DNA of 64,000 nt, taken from IMG/VR virus record IMGVR_UViG_3300027896_000027. One strand, given 5' to 3'. Position 1 is the first letter of the stretch. Every line of letters starts with the position of its first letter. The translations under genes were made by a program, and so were the position numbers. The notes under the pieces were generated by a model. That model ran no database searches and had not been told where the DNA came from. It was given only the letters and a program-made list of their open reading frames with translations. Source of the DNA: an uncultured virus (IMG/VR IMGVR_UViG_3300027896_000027) (taxonomy: Duplodnaviria > Heunggongvirae > Uroviricota > Caudoviricetes). This document shows, in pieces, positions 54,841 through 64,000 of this stretch.

Positions 54841-56067
54841 TTGAATATCGTCAGCGATTACATTCTGCTTAAGCCGAATTTAAGTACTGATATGGGGGGT
54901 TCTCTTTTTTATAGAAGAAAATGGCAGACAAATATTCAGACTGGATTAAAGGGAGGCGAGCAAAGATCAGCGCTCTTTACTTGGCCAAGAAGATCATTGT
55001 CCTATTCACTCCTTCCGCTTAGTTATTCTAAAATCTCAGCTCTTAAAAGAGTGCTTTATAAAAATATGCATAATCTGTTGGGGATTCCCTTTTGGCAGGA
55101 TGAAACCATTTTATCCTCTCCGGCCGCTTCGGGCCAAAAGATTTTAAATGTTCAGTCGACCGTGAATCGAAATTTTGAAGTGGGTGGCCTTTGCGCTCTT
55201 ATCGCTTCAGAGGTTAGTTTTGAAGATGGAATTATCGATGTCCTCTCGGATACCCAAATTACTTTGCATAGCAATTTGGCTCATAATTGGCCTACGGGGA
55301 CAGAAGTTTACCCGGTCATGATCGGTCGAGTTCAATCAACCCAAGAAATTGACATGATTACCTCTATCTATGGAAAAATGTCTGCTGCCGCCGATGAAGA
55401 TTATTATAGCGGGATTGTAAGGCACATTGGTGATGATGAATCTTTCCCGATTTATAAGGGATCTCCGGTTTTTAACTGCAGGCCTAATTGGAATACTGAT
55501 GTCAATAAATTTACCTATAAGCTTTATCACCCTTATGACAGGATTGCCTTTTTGGGGAAAACATTCTCGATGACTCATTACGATGAGACCGCCGTCGGCT
55601 TAACAGTACCCTATACCGAATTTAGCAGGGCATCGATTAATAAAATCGTTGATTTCTTCGATAGCCGAAAAGGAAGGTGGGGAAATTTCTGGTTGCCTAC
55701 CTGGCAAACCGATATGGTTATCACGGCACCCTTTTCGGCAACCGATAATGTCCTTCATATTCGCTCGATGGATTTCTCTTCTTATTGGCTCGGTGGTCAA
55801 ATGGGATTGTATGTGATCATCTTTTGGCCTGACTGGACGTTTGCCTGCGGAAAGATCATCAATGCTACCCCTACGACCATCACCTTAGAATCGGTGGTCG
55901 GGAAATCATGTACCCTTAATCAACTTTACAATCTCTTCTCTTGTTTTCTTTTATGCTCAAGGTTTGATCAAGATGAGATCGAAGTCGAATATGTGACCTC
56001 TGAAATTGGAAATATCAATCTTTCTTGCCGGGCTTTATTTGATGAAGTATCGGAGATGGAGTCGTGA
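54841..56067 (+). CDS. distal tail/baseplate protein
   Basis: W.TNI..G.EQR, FF..RKGR..FWLPTW, RFDQD. Confidence 0.7.
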   Translation: MNIVSDYILLKPNLSTDMGGSLFYRRKWQTNIQTGLKGGEQRSALFTWPRRSLSYSLLPLSYSKISALKRVLYKNMHNLLGIPFWQDETILSSPAASGQKILNVQSTVNRNFEVGGLCALIASEVSFEDGIIDVLSDTQITLHSNLAHNWPTGTEVYPVMIGRVQSTQEIDMITSIYGKMSAAADEDYYSGIVRHIGDDESFPIYKGSPVFNCRPNWNTDVNKFTYKLYHPYDRIAFLGKTFSMTHYDETAVGLTVPYTEFSRASINKIVDFFDSRKGRWGNFWLPTWQTDMVITAPFSATDNVLHIRSMDFSSYWLGGQMGLYVIIFWPDWTFACGKIINATPTTITLESVVGKSCTLNQLYNLFSCFLLCSRFDQDEIEVEYVTSEIGNINLSCRALFDEVSEMES

Positions 56068-56900
56068 AGGATGTCACCGAAGAATATATAGATAAGGAGA
56101 AAGCGGCCAGAAGAAAGCCTGTCGAACTTTATCATATTTGGGCAGGTGCTGGAGATCAGTTGAATGTTAACGCTTGGTACTATACGAGCGGTGATGTTAC
56201 TGTGTCATTTGGAACTCCACCCCACGATTATATTCCTGCTGCGTTGAAGCGCAGCCTGGTTCAATACGATGCCTCGATGGAAGTTACGAAGATGACTTTG
56301 CAGGCTGCCTACGTCGAAGATCCTGCCCTTGCATTTATCAGCATCAACCCGGTTGAGATCATTTGGATTGAGGCGATGAGGCTTCACAGGGATCAAGTGC
56401 CACTTGAGGCGGATGTGATCTTTGTTGGGCAGATCAAGAATGTTTCATTCAAGGGAGCAGCGGCGAATGCCGAGTGCGTCGGCTTTGAGCATTTTCTTTC
56501 GATGCCTATTCCCCGCTATCGGTATCAGTTGACCTGTAACTGGATGCTTTTTGAATTTAATTGTACCTTGATCAAAGATGATTATAAAGTTGAAACGATT
56601 GTGACAGTTGATGCGACAGGGACTATTTTAACCAGTACCGTTTTCTCTACATTCGACGATGGGTATTTTATTTTTGGGACTGTTGAATTTGGAGATAATG
56701 CCCGAGCGATCGTCGAGCACGTTGGGAGCGTAATCACGATTAACTTTAAAATCAAAACCCTTGTTAGTGGAAACACTATTAAAGCTTATCCTGGGTGCGA
56801 TGGCCGGATCACAACTTGTCGGGATAAATTTAATAATCTTTTAAACTTTTTGGGGTTTCCTTTTATCCCTGAAGAGAATCCAGGATTAAGGGGTTATTAA
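56064..56900 (+). CDS. tail hub protein (DUF2163/BR0599-like)
   Basis: YQLTCNW.LF...C, YPGCD....TCRDKFNN..NF.GFPFIP. Confidence 0.85.
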   Translation: MKDVTEEYIDKEKAARRKPVELYHIWAGAGDQLNVNAWYYTSGDVTVSFGTPPHDYIPAALKRSLVQYDASMEVTKMTLQAAYVEDPALAFISINPVEIIWIEAMRLHRDQVPLEADVIFVGQIKNVSFKGAAANAECVGFEHFLSMPIPRYRYQLTCNWMLFEFNCTLIKDDYKVETIVTVDATGTILTSTVFSTFDDGYFIFGTVEFGDNARAIVEHVGSVITINFKIKTLVSGNTIKAYPGCDGRITTCRDKFNNLLNFLGFPFIPEENPGLRGY

Positions 56901-57352
56901 TGAAATATTATTTTGAAGATGTTGAGCAGCAGGATAAACTCAGAAGGATTCTTGAAGAGTGGATTGGGACGCCACACCGTCACCACTGTGGGGTGAAGGG
57001 GTTGGGAACTGATTGCATTTATTTTGTCGCCCGGGTTCTTGAGGAGATAGGGATATTAAAATGGCGAAAGGATTTAGTGCCTGATTATCCACCTGATTGG
57101 CACATGCACAACACGAGAGAGTTGTTAAAGGAGCATCTTGAAAAAGAGATTCGAGGCGAATGGGTTGACTTAAATGTCTTGACCAATGGCGACATAACCC
57201 TTAGTTATTTTGGAAAAGCCTCGTCTCATGCGGGGATTTACATGGACGGGTTCATTTACCAGTCCTTGGATCATATTGGAGTTAGAAAGATTGGCGCAAG
57301 TGATCGATGGATAAAAAAGAATATGAGATTTGCATATAGGATTTTAATATGA
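56900..57352 (+). CDS. NlpC/P60 tail peptidase
   Basis: WIGTP..H, GTDC, HAGIY. Confidence 0.88.
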   Translation: MKYYFEDVEQQDKLRRILEEWIGTPHRHHCGVKGLGTDCIYFVARVLEEIGILKWRKDLVPDYPPDWHMHNTRELLKEHLEKEIRGEWVDLNVLTNGDITLSYFGKASSHAGIYMDGFIYQSLDHIGVRKIGASDRWIKKNMRFAYRILI

Positions 57353-59826
57353 GCACAGGTGGAGCGATCGGTGGAATATTGGGTGCAATAATTGGTGCGC
57401 TCTTTGCTTATTTTACTGGGGGGCTTAGCATTGTAGCGGGTGCACTTATTGGGGGTTCGATCGGTTATACGGTTGGCACCATCATTGATCCTCAAAGGCC
57501 AGACGTGAGAACCGCTGGCGTTCCAGTTCAGGCCCTTCAATTTATGTCAAATACAATAGGAGATCCGCTTCCCGATCTCTTGGGGACAGGAAAGATCATT
57601 GGCCACCTGCTTTGTTTTGGAAAAGAAAGAACTGTGGCAACCTGGCAAAGGACTGGGGGGAAAGGTGGTTCAGGGAGTGGCAGGCAGTTCGCCGGTTATA
57701 ATTATTATGCCTCTTGGGCCGTAGGAATTTGTTTGGGGCCAATTGATTCACTCTATACTATCTTCAGAGATTCAGAGGAAATTGTCTGGAAAGGTGAGGC
57801 CATTCGTCCTGTCTCTGGTGGAAAGCAAACGATTGTTCTACCAACGATGGGGTCAGTTGATTTTTATTTTGGAACAAATGATCATGCCCTTAACCCTCGT
57901 ATCGCTGAAACATTGCAAGCAGCCAGTCATTTAACCCAAGCCGCTGAAATTACGGCAGGAGATACTGTCATTACTCTTGCTAATAGTGACTTTTTTAATG
58001 CTGGTGATCGCATCCTTATCTCTGGGACGGCTGTTGAGACAGGACTGCAGGCAGAAGAAAATCATATCATTCAATCAATTACTGGTTTTGATGCTACCCT
58101 TACCACTCCGGTGTATTATTCTTATCTTAACCCGACAGTTTATAATTATAGCTCAGTCGGTGAGGTGACTACCTCGATCAATTATCCGTTTCGGCGCTTG
58201 GCTTTTGCTTTTTTTGATGACTGTTTGCTTGGAGCGTCGAATCGAATTCCGAGCATGCAGTTCGTTATCCACAAATCTCCAGTCCTTGCCTTTTCACCCT
58301 TTAATCAGATTCAGACCTTTGATTATAACCCGGCTCATGCCATGTGGTATATTTTAAAGAGCATGACCGGATTTCCAGAGCAATGGCTCGATTCAATTGA
58401 TTTTGCAGATTTAGCGGAAAAACTTGCCCTTGAAAATAGGGGGATTAGCCTTTTGATCGATTCACTTCAAGCTTGCCTTAATTATATTGAAAACATCAAT
58501 ACCCATATCGACGGCATCTTACGATATGGTTCAGATGGAAAATTTCACCCTAAATTAATTCGCAACGATTATGATCTTAGCAAACTTATCTCCATCGATG
58601 AATCGATGCTCCTGGACGAACCGGAAATTTCAAGAAAAAGTTGGATCGACACTGTCAATGAAATGAAGGTTCAATATTCTGAAATAACTGGAACTGGAAA
58701 AGGTATTTTTACGGCCTCATATCTTGGCTTTGTTCCCCTTCATTTAGAGGTTGATGGAGGTTTTATCTATGTCTGTGGCCAGCAGGCTTATAAGGTGGGT
58801 GATAATGGCTATTACGATGCAGTGGTAAGGAAGATAGATATAAAAACCCTTGAGATCGTCGATGAGTTTAATCTTCACCAAGCGACCGATAGCTTGAATA
58901 ATGCCTTTTACAGAGTTCATGTGGACGGGGATGATTTATATTTGGTTGGTTCTTCTTACGTGGATGCCAAGGTTCAAACTGTTATCACCAGGCGGAATAA
59001 GAATGATCTTGCCGCTGGGTCTTGGATAAGTTACTATTTCCTTGGAAATCCAAGTTATTCGGTCAATACAGGCTTAAGCTGCATTACAGATGATTTATAT
59101 TTGTACGTCACGGGAAGCTGGCTTGATGCTATAAATCACGAAGCGGCGTGGAGATGGAAATTAGATAAGGTGGATGGCTCCATAATTTGGGAAGGAAATG
59201 ATTTTCCTTACAATTATATGACAGCGTATGACGGAATAGTTGACGATGACCCTTACGTCATTATAGCGGGATCGGCAGGAGGAGACAGGTCCATTTTGAA
59301 AGTGAATAAGGCGACAAACGTCTCTACGATACATAATGTCTCAGGGGATCGCTACTCAAATGAAGGGATTGTTCGAGATGGAACAGTTGACATTGTTTAT
59401 TATGTTTGTGGTAAAAGTTATGCAACGACATACGGTGATTTTAGAGTTTCGGTGTTAAAATATAATGACTTTTTTATAAAGGTTTGGGAATGGACTAAGA
59501 ATTATTTCACCGCTCCACCTGATTTACTTGAAGAATTACTCAACTGCGTGATAGATACCTCTGGGGTTTATTCGATAGGACATTTGCAACACACAACCCC
59601 CAGCATCTATTATCAAGGGGTATTTGCAAAGGTGAGCCTTGATGGCTCCCCACTCTGGGATCTTCAGCACGAGACTCAGTATCGGGCGGCCATGAGAGCG
59701 ATTGGGCTTTTGGACGCTGATACTCTTGTGGTTGGGACCTATGACAATGACCCTTCTGTTTCGATCGTGGATCGTTACGGTTATCTTGAAAAAAGGTTAA
59801 CTTCAACTGGGGCAATTGCCAGTTAG
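57349..59826 (+). CDS. tail tip/host-specificity protein, N-terminal part, with C-terminal beta-propeller-like domain
   Basis: GGKGG, YYASWAVGICLGPI, NPAH, LIRNDY; after ~58690 repeated D..YLYV.G blades. Confidence 0.75.
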   Translation: MSTGGAIGGILGAIIGALFAYFTGGLSIVAGALIGGSIGYTVGTIIDPQRPDVRTAGVPVQALQFMSNTIGDPLPDLLGTGKIIGHLLCFGKERTVATWQRTGGKGGSGSGRQFAGYNYYASWAVGICLGPIDSLYTIFRDSEEIVWKGEAIRPVSGGKQTIVLPTMGSVDFYFGTNDHALNPRIAETLQAASHLTQAAEITAGDTVITLANSDFFNAGDRILISGTAVETGLQAEENHIIQSITGFDATLTTPVYYSYLNPTVYNYSSVGEVTTSINYPFRRLAFAFFDDCLLGASNRIPSMQFVIHKSPVLAFSPFNQIQTFDYNPAHAMWYILKSMTGFPEQWLDSIDFADLAEKLALENRGISLLIDSLQACLNYIENINTHIDGILRYGSDGKFHPKLIRNDYDLSKLISIDESMLLDEPEISRKSWIDTVNEMKVQYSEITGTGKGIFTASYLGFVPLHLEVDGGFIYVCGQQAYKVGDNGYYDAVVRKIDIKTLEIVDEFNLHQATDSLNNAFYRVHVDGDDLYLVGSSYVDAKVQTVITRRNKNDLAAGSWISYYFLGNPSYSVNTGLSCITDDLYLYVTGSWLDAINHEAAWRWKLDKVDGSIIWEGNDFPYNYMTAYDGIVDDDPYVIIAGSAGGDRSILKVNKATNVSTIHNVSGDRYSNEGIVRDGTVDIVYYVCGKSYATTYGDFRVSVLKYNDFFIKVWEWTKNYFTAPPDLLEELLNCVIDTSGVYSIGHLQHTTPSIYYQGVFAKVSLDGSPLWDLQHETQYRAAMRAIGLLDADTLVVGTYDNDPSVSIVDRYGYLEKRLTSTGAIAS

Positions 59827-59838
59827 GAAAAGAACAAA

Positions 59839-61242
59839 ATGGAGATAGATGCAGTAAATATTAAGCAGTCAACCGCCGATCCAATGGTCATTGATACGGG
59901 GAACCAAAAGATTCAGGGGCGGGTTGCGTCAAAGACCGTTCAATTTGGGCTTTTCACCAACAACCGAAACGCAGTCTGGGCCTCCAAGAATCAGTTGAGA
60001 AAGGAATCTTACCCGTTCGCCACGCTTAATTTAAAGGTGAATCGAAACGCTTTTCCCTTTGAGACTGGCGATACCTTTAAATTTTCTTACTCAAAATATA
60101 ACATCGTAGACATGGTGGTAAGAGTCCTGCAGAGAGGCGAGGCGGAACTTGAGTCAGAGGAAATTAACGTCGTGGTGATGGAAGATCTTTTTCAGATCAC
60201 CAACACGATCTCAGAATACTCACCCACAACAAATCGTAAGCAGCCAAGGGTAGATTATACGGTTGGCCCGATTATTCATGAAAAGCTTTTTGAACCTGTC
60301 TATGCTTGGTCTCTTGGAGAAGTGGCCATAACCCCCTTAGCTGCCAGAGAGTCTCAGATTGACCTTGGGTTCAATGCCTATATGAGTCTGGATGAAGGGG
60401 CTTCCTATTCTATAAACCCAATTGCTAAGGGATTATTTTTCAGGGCTTACGGGACGCTCGTTGGAAGCTATCCCAAAGAGACTTATGAGATCGATGAGTT
60501 GGTGGGGATGGTGATCGACTTTTCTAACGCGGATGTCGATCTGATTGAAAGTCAAACTTGGCCAGCGATTCTTTCGGGAAATCAAAACCTTGCTCTCCTT
60601 GGGGATGAGATCATTTCCTTTAAAACGATCACACCAGTTTCAGGGTCTCAATATAAGCTTGAGGACATCCTTCGAGGAAGGTATGGCACTATAAAACAGG
60701 CTCACGTAAATGGTGAAACTTTTTTCTTTCTTGGTCAGGATATCCCAGTCGTCACAAACAATGATATTTCAACGGGAGCTGATAGGTTTTTTAAGCTCAT
60801 TGGTTTTAATGCCGCTGAGTTTGGCGATATTTCTGTGGCGACTGCTATTGAACATCTATTCTTGGGGGTGGCGAAAACGCCCTACGTCCCGATTAATTTT
60901 GAAGCTAATGGCAATTCGTTTGCTGCCCGATACGATACTGACATCGTTCTCATCTGGTCGCCAAGGTATCGAAATAAAGGGGCGGGGATAGGAATTCCTG
61001 GGACAGTTCTTTCTGACCTGGATTATGAAGGTTTATTTGAGATTGAAGTTTGGGTTGGAGGCATTAAGGTGAGGACTCAAAGTGCCGTTGACGCCTTGAC
61101 GTGGACTTATACCGAGGCGATGAATATCTCTGACAATGGTTCTCTGGCGAGCGAGGTGGCATTTAAACTTTCTAACTATCGAACTGAAGATGTGATCACT
61201 TATCATTCGAGTCAGGCCCAAGTGACCTGTAAAAAGAATTAG
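59839..61242 (+). CDS. tail tip protein, C-terminal part
   Basis: ALLGDEIISF, LRGRYGT...H, W.PR.R, TWTYT. Confidence 0.75.
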   Translation: MEIDAVNIKQSTADPMVIDTGNQKIQGRVASKTVQFGLFTNNRNAVWASKNQLRKESYPFATLNLKVNRNAFPFETGDTFKFSYSKYNIVDMVVRVLQRGEAELESEEINVVVMEDLFQITNTISEYSPTTNRKQPRVDYTVGPIIHEKLFEPVYAWSLGEVAITPLAARESQIDLGFNAYMSLDEGASYSINPIAKGLFFRAYGTLVGSYPKETYEIDELVGMVIDFSNADVDLIESQTWPAILSGNQNLALLGDEIISFKTITPVSGSQYKLEDILRGRYGTIKQAHVNGETFFFLGQDIPVVTNNDISTGADRFFKLIGFNAAEFGDISVATAIEHLFLGVAKTPYVPINFEANGNSFAARYDTDIVLIWSPRYRNKGAGIGIPGTVLSDLDYEGLFEIEVWVGGIKVRTQSAVDALTWTYTEAMNISDNGSLASEVAFKLSNYRTEDVITYHSSQAQVTCKKN

Positions 61243-61251
61243 GAGGCTTTT

Positions 61252-62034
61252 ATGGATAACGACAAGTATGGTCTTCATGACGTCCTCTATGGTGTCCAGG
61301 GCTGGGATGCGATCATGGCAACCGACATGCAGATCATCAACGATCAGATGCCGACGAGGATCATAGGAACTCTCGGGGAAACTGTCGTGGCCTATCAAGC
61401 TCTATACCAAAAGGCTGCTGATTCAAAATGGTGGAAGGCTAAAGCGGACGGGGCCAAACAGCCGTGCCAGGGATTAGCGGTTGAGGGTGGGGACGCTGAT
61501 GACGAGATAAGAATTCATCGGATGGGAGAGATCACCGACGTCTCTTGGGCGTGGGGAACGATTGGGGCACCAATTTATCTTGACGCTTCGACTGCAGGCG
61601 CTTTGACCCAGACCGCTCCACCTGATAATGTTCAGATTATCGGTTATGCTAAATCAGCGACCACGATGATCGTAATACTCGGAGTTTTAAATGTCGGCAT
61701 CCAGAAATTTAGCCAGGGTGGAACGATCTATAAATCTGATGGGATAGTTGATGCTGCGAACATCATCATCTGGGAAGCACCCTTCGCCTGCACGGTGACG
61801 AACGTAAAAGGTTATCGGGTCGGAGGAACTGGAGCAACAGTTAATGCAAGAAAGAATGGAGCGGATGATCATCTTGCCGGTGCTTTATCTTTAACGAACC
61901 CTGATGTGTGGATGGACGGCGGGGTAGTTCAAAATACCGCCTATGCTCTTGGAGATAAGCTTGAGATCATGTTAGTTTCAGTGGCGGGCAGTCCTACTCA
62001 GATTGCCATTAAAGTAGATTTTAAGAGGCCGTAA
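61252..62034 (+). CDS. virion structural protein (tail/decoration)
   Basis: W.KAKAD, GAPIYL...AGALTQTAP...Q.IGYA.SAT. Confidence 0.65.
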   Translation: MDNDKYGLHDVLYGVQGWDAIMATDMQIINDQMPTRIIGTLGETVVAYQALYQKAADSKWWKAKADGAKQPCQGLAVEGGDADDEIRIHRMGEITDVSWAWGTIGAPIYLDASTAGALTQTAPPDNVQIIGYAKSATTMIVILGVLNVGIQKFSQGGTIYKSDGIVDAANIIIWEAPFACTVTNVKGYRVGGTGATVNARKNGADDHLAGALSLTNPDVWMDGGVVQNTAYALGDKLEIMLVSVAGSPTQIAIKVDFKRP

Positions 62035-62037
62035 AAA

Positions 62038-64000
62038 ATGTCTTGGCTGAGCGGTTGGTCTTACAGAAAAAACAGACCGATAAAAAGGACTGACGGGCTT
62101 GTTACCAACTATCAGATGAAGCTTCTGGTAGGTGAAAGTGCTGGTTTGGGTAATGTCGACTGCGCTGGCCACGTCTTATCGAATTTCAATGATCTTCGTT
62201 TTACTAATCTAAATGGCGATGTCCTTGATTATTGGATTGAGTCAATAAGCGGAACGGGCACGAATCATATTGCTACGGTCTGGATTGAATTCGATTCGAT
62301 CGATACCTCTGATACCACCTTCTACATGTACTACGGAAAGGCAGATGCGCCGGCTTACAGCGATGGGGCCGCTACATTCTTATTCTTTGATCATTTCTTG
62401 GGGTCGAGTCTCGGCGCTCAGTGGAACTCGCAGGGAACTCCTACTGTCTCTGGAAGTGAGGTGGCTCTCAAATCGGCAGCGACAGGTTGGGATGCAATTA
62501 AAGCAGCATTATACACGATTCAGTATGCCCGGATTAGGTCAAGATTTAAAGTAAGTGCTGTAAATAATCACGCTAATGGGCTTTCCAATAGCGCGATGAA
62601 CACTACCTTCTACGCCGATGAAAGTGCTTATTTTCTTGGCGTGCCAGGCACTCCCGCACAAGTTTATGCTATCTCCTCACATAATGGGACTTTAACCCAA
62701 AGTTCTCATGTGAACTGGGATGGCTCGTATATGATCGGAGAGATGCTTTGGAAAAGTGGAGAGATTAAATATGCTAAGGATGATGCGGCAGCGTTTGCTA
62801 CCTATACGACAAATCTACCAGATACGGCTTGTGCCCCACGAGCGGATGGAGCGCACGGTGCAAGCCAAGGAACCTTGACCCTTGATTGGTATTTTGTTAG
62901 CCAATATCTTTCTCCAGAACCAGCTTGGCAAGGTAGCTGGTCAAGTGAAGAACCGACAACTACAAGTACGACAACTACAACTACTACGACTACAAGCACG
63001 ACGACTACAAGCACGACGACCACAACCACAAGTACCACGACCACAAGTACCACGACCACAACCACGAGTACGACGACCACAACCACAAGTACCACGACCA
63101 CAAGTACCACGACCACAACCACGAGTACGACGACCACAACCACGACAACAACAACCACTACGGCGGGACCAGATATACCTTGGATCGATAATTTTAATGA
63201 CGGGTCTTTGGATACTACAAAATGGGGGACTTCCGTCGCGGGGGATGGTGCCGTTGACGAACCAGCTGGAGATACCTTAGACATTACTGAGGGCGCAAAT
63301 GCTAACAACGCCGCCATAGTTTATCTGAAGGACATTATTGATACCACGAAGGAATATGTCTACACCGTTAGGCATAAGATCGATGGGACGCCAAACGGTG
63401 GGATATTTTTACTTGCCGCGTATGACGGGGTTCCTGCCGTTTCAGACAATAATACGGTCAATGCTAATCTAAGGCTTCAGGTTCTTTATGTTACGGGTAC
63501 ACCGGATCGTATTTACGTGGTTTACACTGATACATCTGGCAACTCTGAATATTGGGATGGGAGTTCTTGGCACACTGAGCCTACTCATATTGATATTATT
63601 GATGAGGCATCTTGGATAGATGTTTCTTTCATTGTTAAAAATAATAGTTGGAGAGTTTCAGTCAGGCGTTCAGACAATGCCAAGTCAATAGTTGAAGCCT
63701 ATCCAATAGCTTTTTCTGCCCTTAAGGCTTACACAAATCTCCGTCTTTTTTGGGGGGATGCTTACAACAATTATTATTACGTCACCTCAATGAAGACCGA
63801 CTTTTTTCGGTACGACAATCAGACTCCGATTTGGGGATGGTATAATGGTTGTACTGCCGCTGGGAACGATTACAAGATAGGTGGATGCATTTCCTACGAC
63901 GGTGGAGACGTATTTCTGCGTCACCATGGCCTCTGGGATGTTGGTCCGTTGACGGGTGAGAATCAGGTTTGGGGTCCATGTGTCATTGAAGTTTCCGGGA
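62038..64000 (+). CDS. DUF2341-domain tail/adhesin protein with Thr/Ser linker; runs off the window (not in ORF track)
   Basis: MSWLSGWSYRK, NDLRFT, LDYWIE, VWIE, FYMYYG, TFLFFDHF; the same frame also carries the Thr tract and is open at the window end. Confidence 0.82.
   Translation, partial: MSWLSGWSYRKNRPIKRTDGLVTNYQMKLLVGESAGLGNVDCAGHVLSNFNDLRFTNLNGDVLDYWIESISGTGTNHIATVWIEFDSIDTSDTTFYMYYGKADAPAYSDGAATFLFFDHFLGSSLGAQWNSQGTPTVSGSEVALKSAATGWDAIKAALYTIQYARIRSRFKVSAVNNHANGLSNSAMNTTFYADESAYFLGVPGTPAQVYAISSHNGTLTQSSHVNWDGSYMIGEMLWKSGEIKYAKDDAAAFATYTTNLPDTACAPRADGAHGASQGTLTLDWYFVSQYLSPEPAWQGSWSSEEPTTTSTTTTTTTTTSTTTTSTTTTTTSTTTTSTTTTTTSTTTTTTSTTTTSTTTTTTSTTTTTTTTTTTTAGPDIPWIDNFNDGSLDTTKWGTSVAGDGAVDEPAGDTLDITEGANANNAAIVYLKDIIDTTKEYVYTVRHKIDGTPNGGIFLLAAYDGVPAVSDNNTVNANLRLQVLYVTGTPDRIYVVYTDTSGNSEYWDGSSWHTEPTHIDIIDEASWIDVSFIVKNNSWRVSVRRSDNAKSIVEAYPIAFSALKAYTNLRLFWGDAYNNYYYVTSMKTDFFRYDNQTPIWGWYNGCTAAGNDYKIGGCISYDGGDVFLRHHGLWDVGPLTGENQVWGPCVIEVSG
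62956..63162 (+). repeat. 69-codon Thr/Ser-only tract including a 57-bp perfect tandem repeat
   Basis: ACN/AGY codons only; 63013-63069 is identical to 63070-63126. Confidence 0.95.

Noticed and set aside
62802..63317. Minus-strand poly-Val ORF and + strand RRPQPQV-repeat ORF (62882-63280)
   Set aside because: Both are shadows of the Thr-codon tract in the real + strand gene starting at 62038.
57349..64000. Diversity-generating retroelement acting on tail genes
   Set aside because: No reverse transcriptase and no TR/VR repeat pair visible in this window.
1..64000. Stop-codon reassignment
   Set aside because: Conserved genes are full length in the standard code, and TAA, TAG and TGA all end genes at sensible, often overlapping, boundaries.

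Overview
The window is a 64-kb segment of a large tailed dsDNA phage (siphovirus-like), with essentially all credible genes on the + strand. I saw no integrase, tRNA, rRNA or CRISPR array. 1-28 kb holds a near-complete bacterial-type replisome and recombination module: primase, HTH initiator with internal iterons, DnaB, DnaN, DnaE fused to a family-4 UDG, DnaX, SSB, RecA, split SbcC and SbcD. A 7-deazaguanine DNA-modification cluster is interleaved with it: QueD, QueE, PRTase-FolE fusion, an extra radical SAM, QueC, a HAD phosphatase and a DpdA/TGT-like transglycosylase. 28-33 kb holds small accessory genes. 33-64 kb holds packaging, head and tail genes, with enzymes placed among them (ATP-grasp ligase, GT4, SGNH, methyltransferase, GT9, deoxyhypusine-synthase-like). 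The best candidate for an undescribed system is the DpdA-like protein, which begins almost at its FLDSGAF motif and appears to lack its N-terminal segment. Five or six paralogous 52-80 aa ORFs ('M-K/R-I-Y-F-A...R-L-L-S-Y/F'), two of them missing from the ORF track, are scattered through the cluster and look like stand-alone, interchangeable versions of that segment. Other highlights are a putative virion-glycosylation cassette with a 69-residue Thr/Ser tail linker, a possible SD-sequestering pseudoknot before the initiator gene, and a tandem covarying RNA structure before the capsid gene. All family assignments come from motif recognition by eye; no searches were run.
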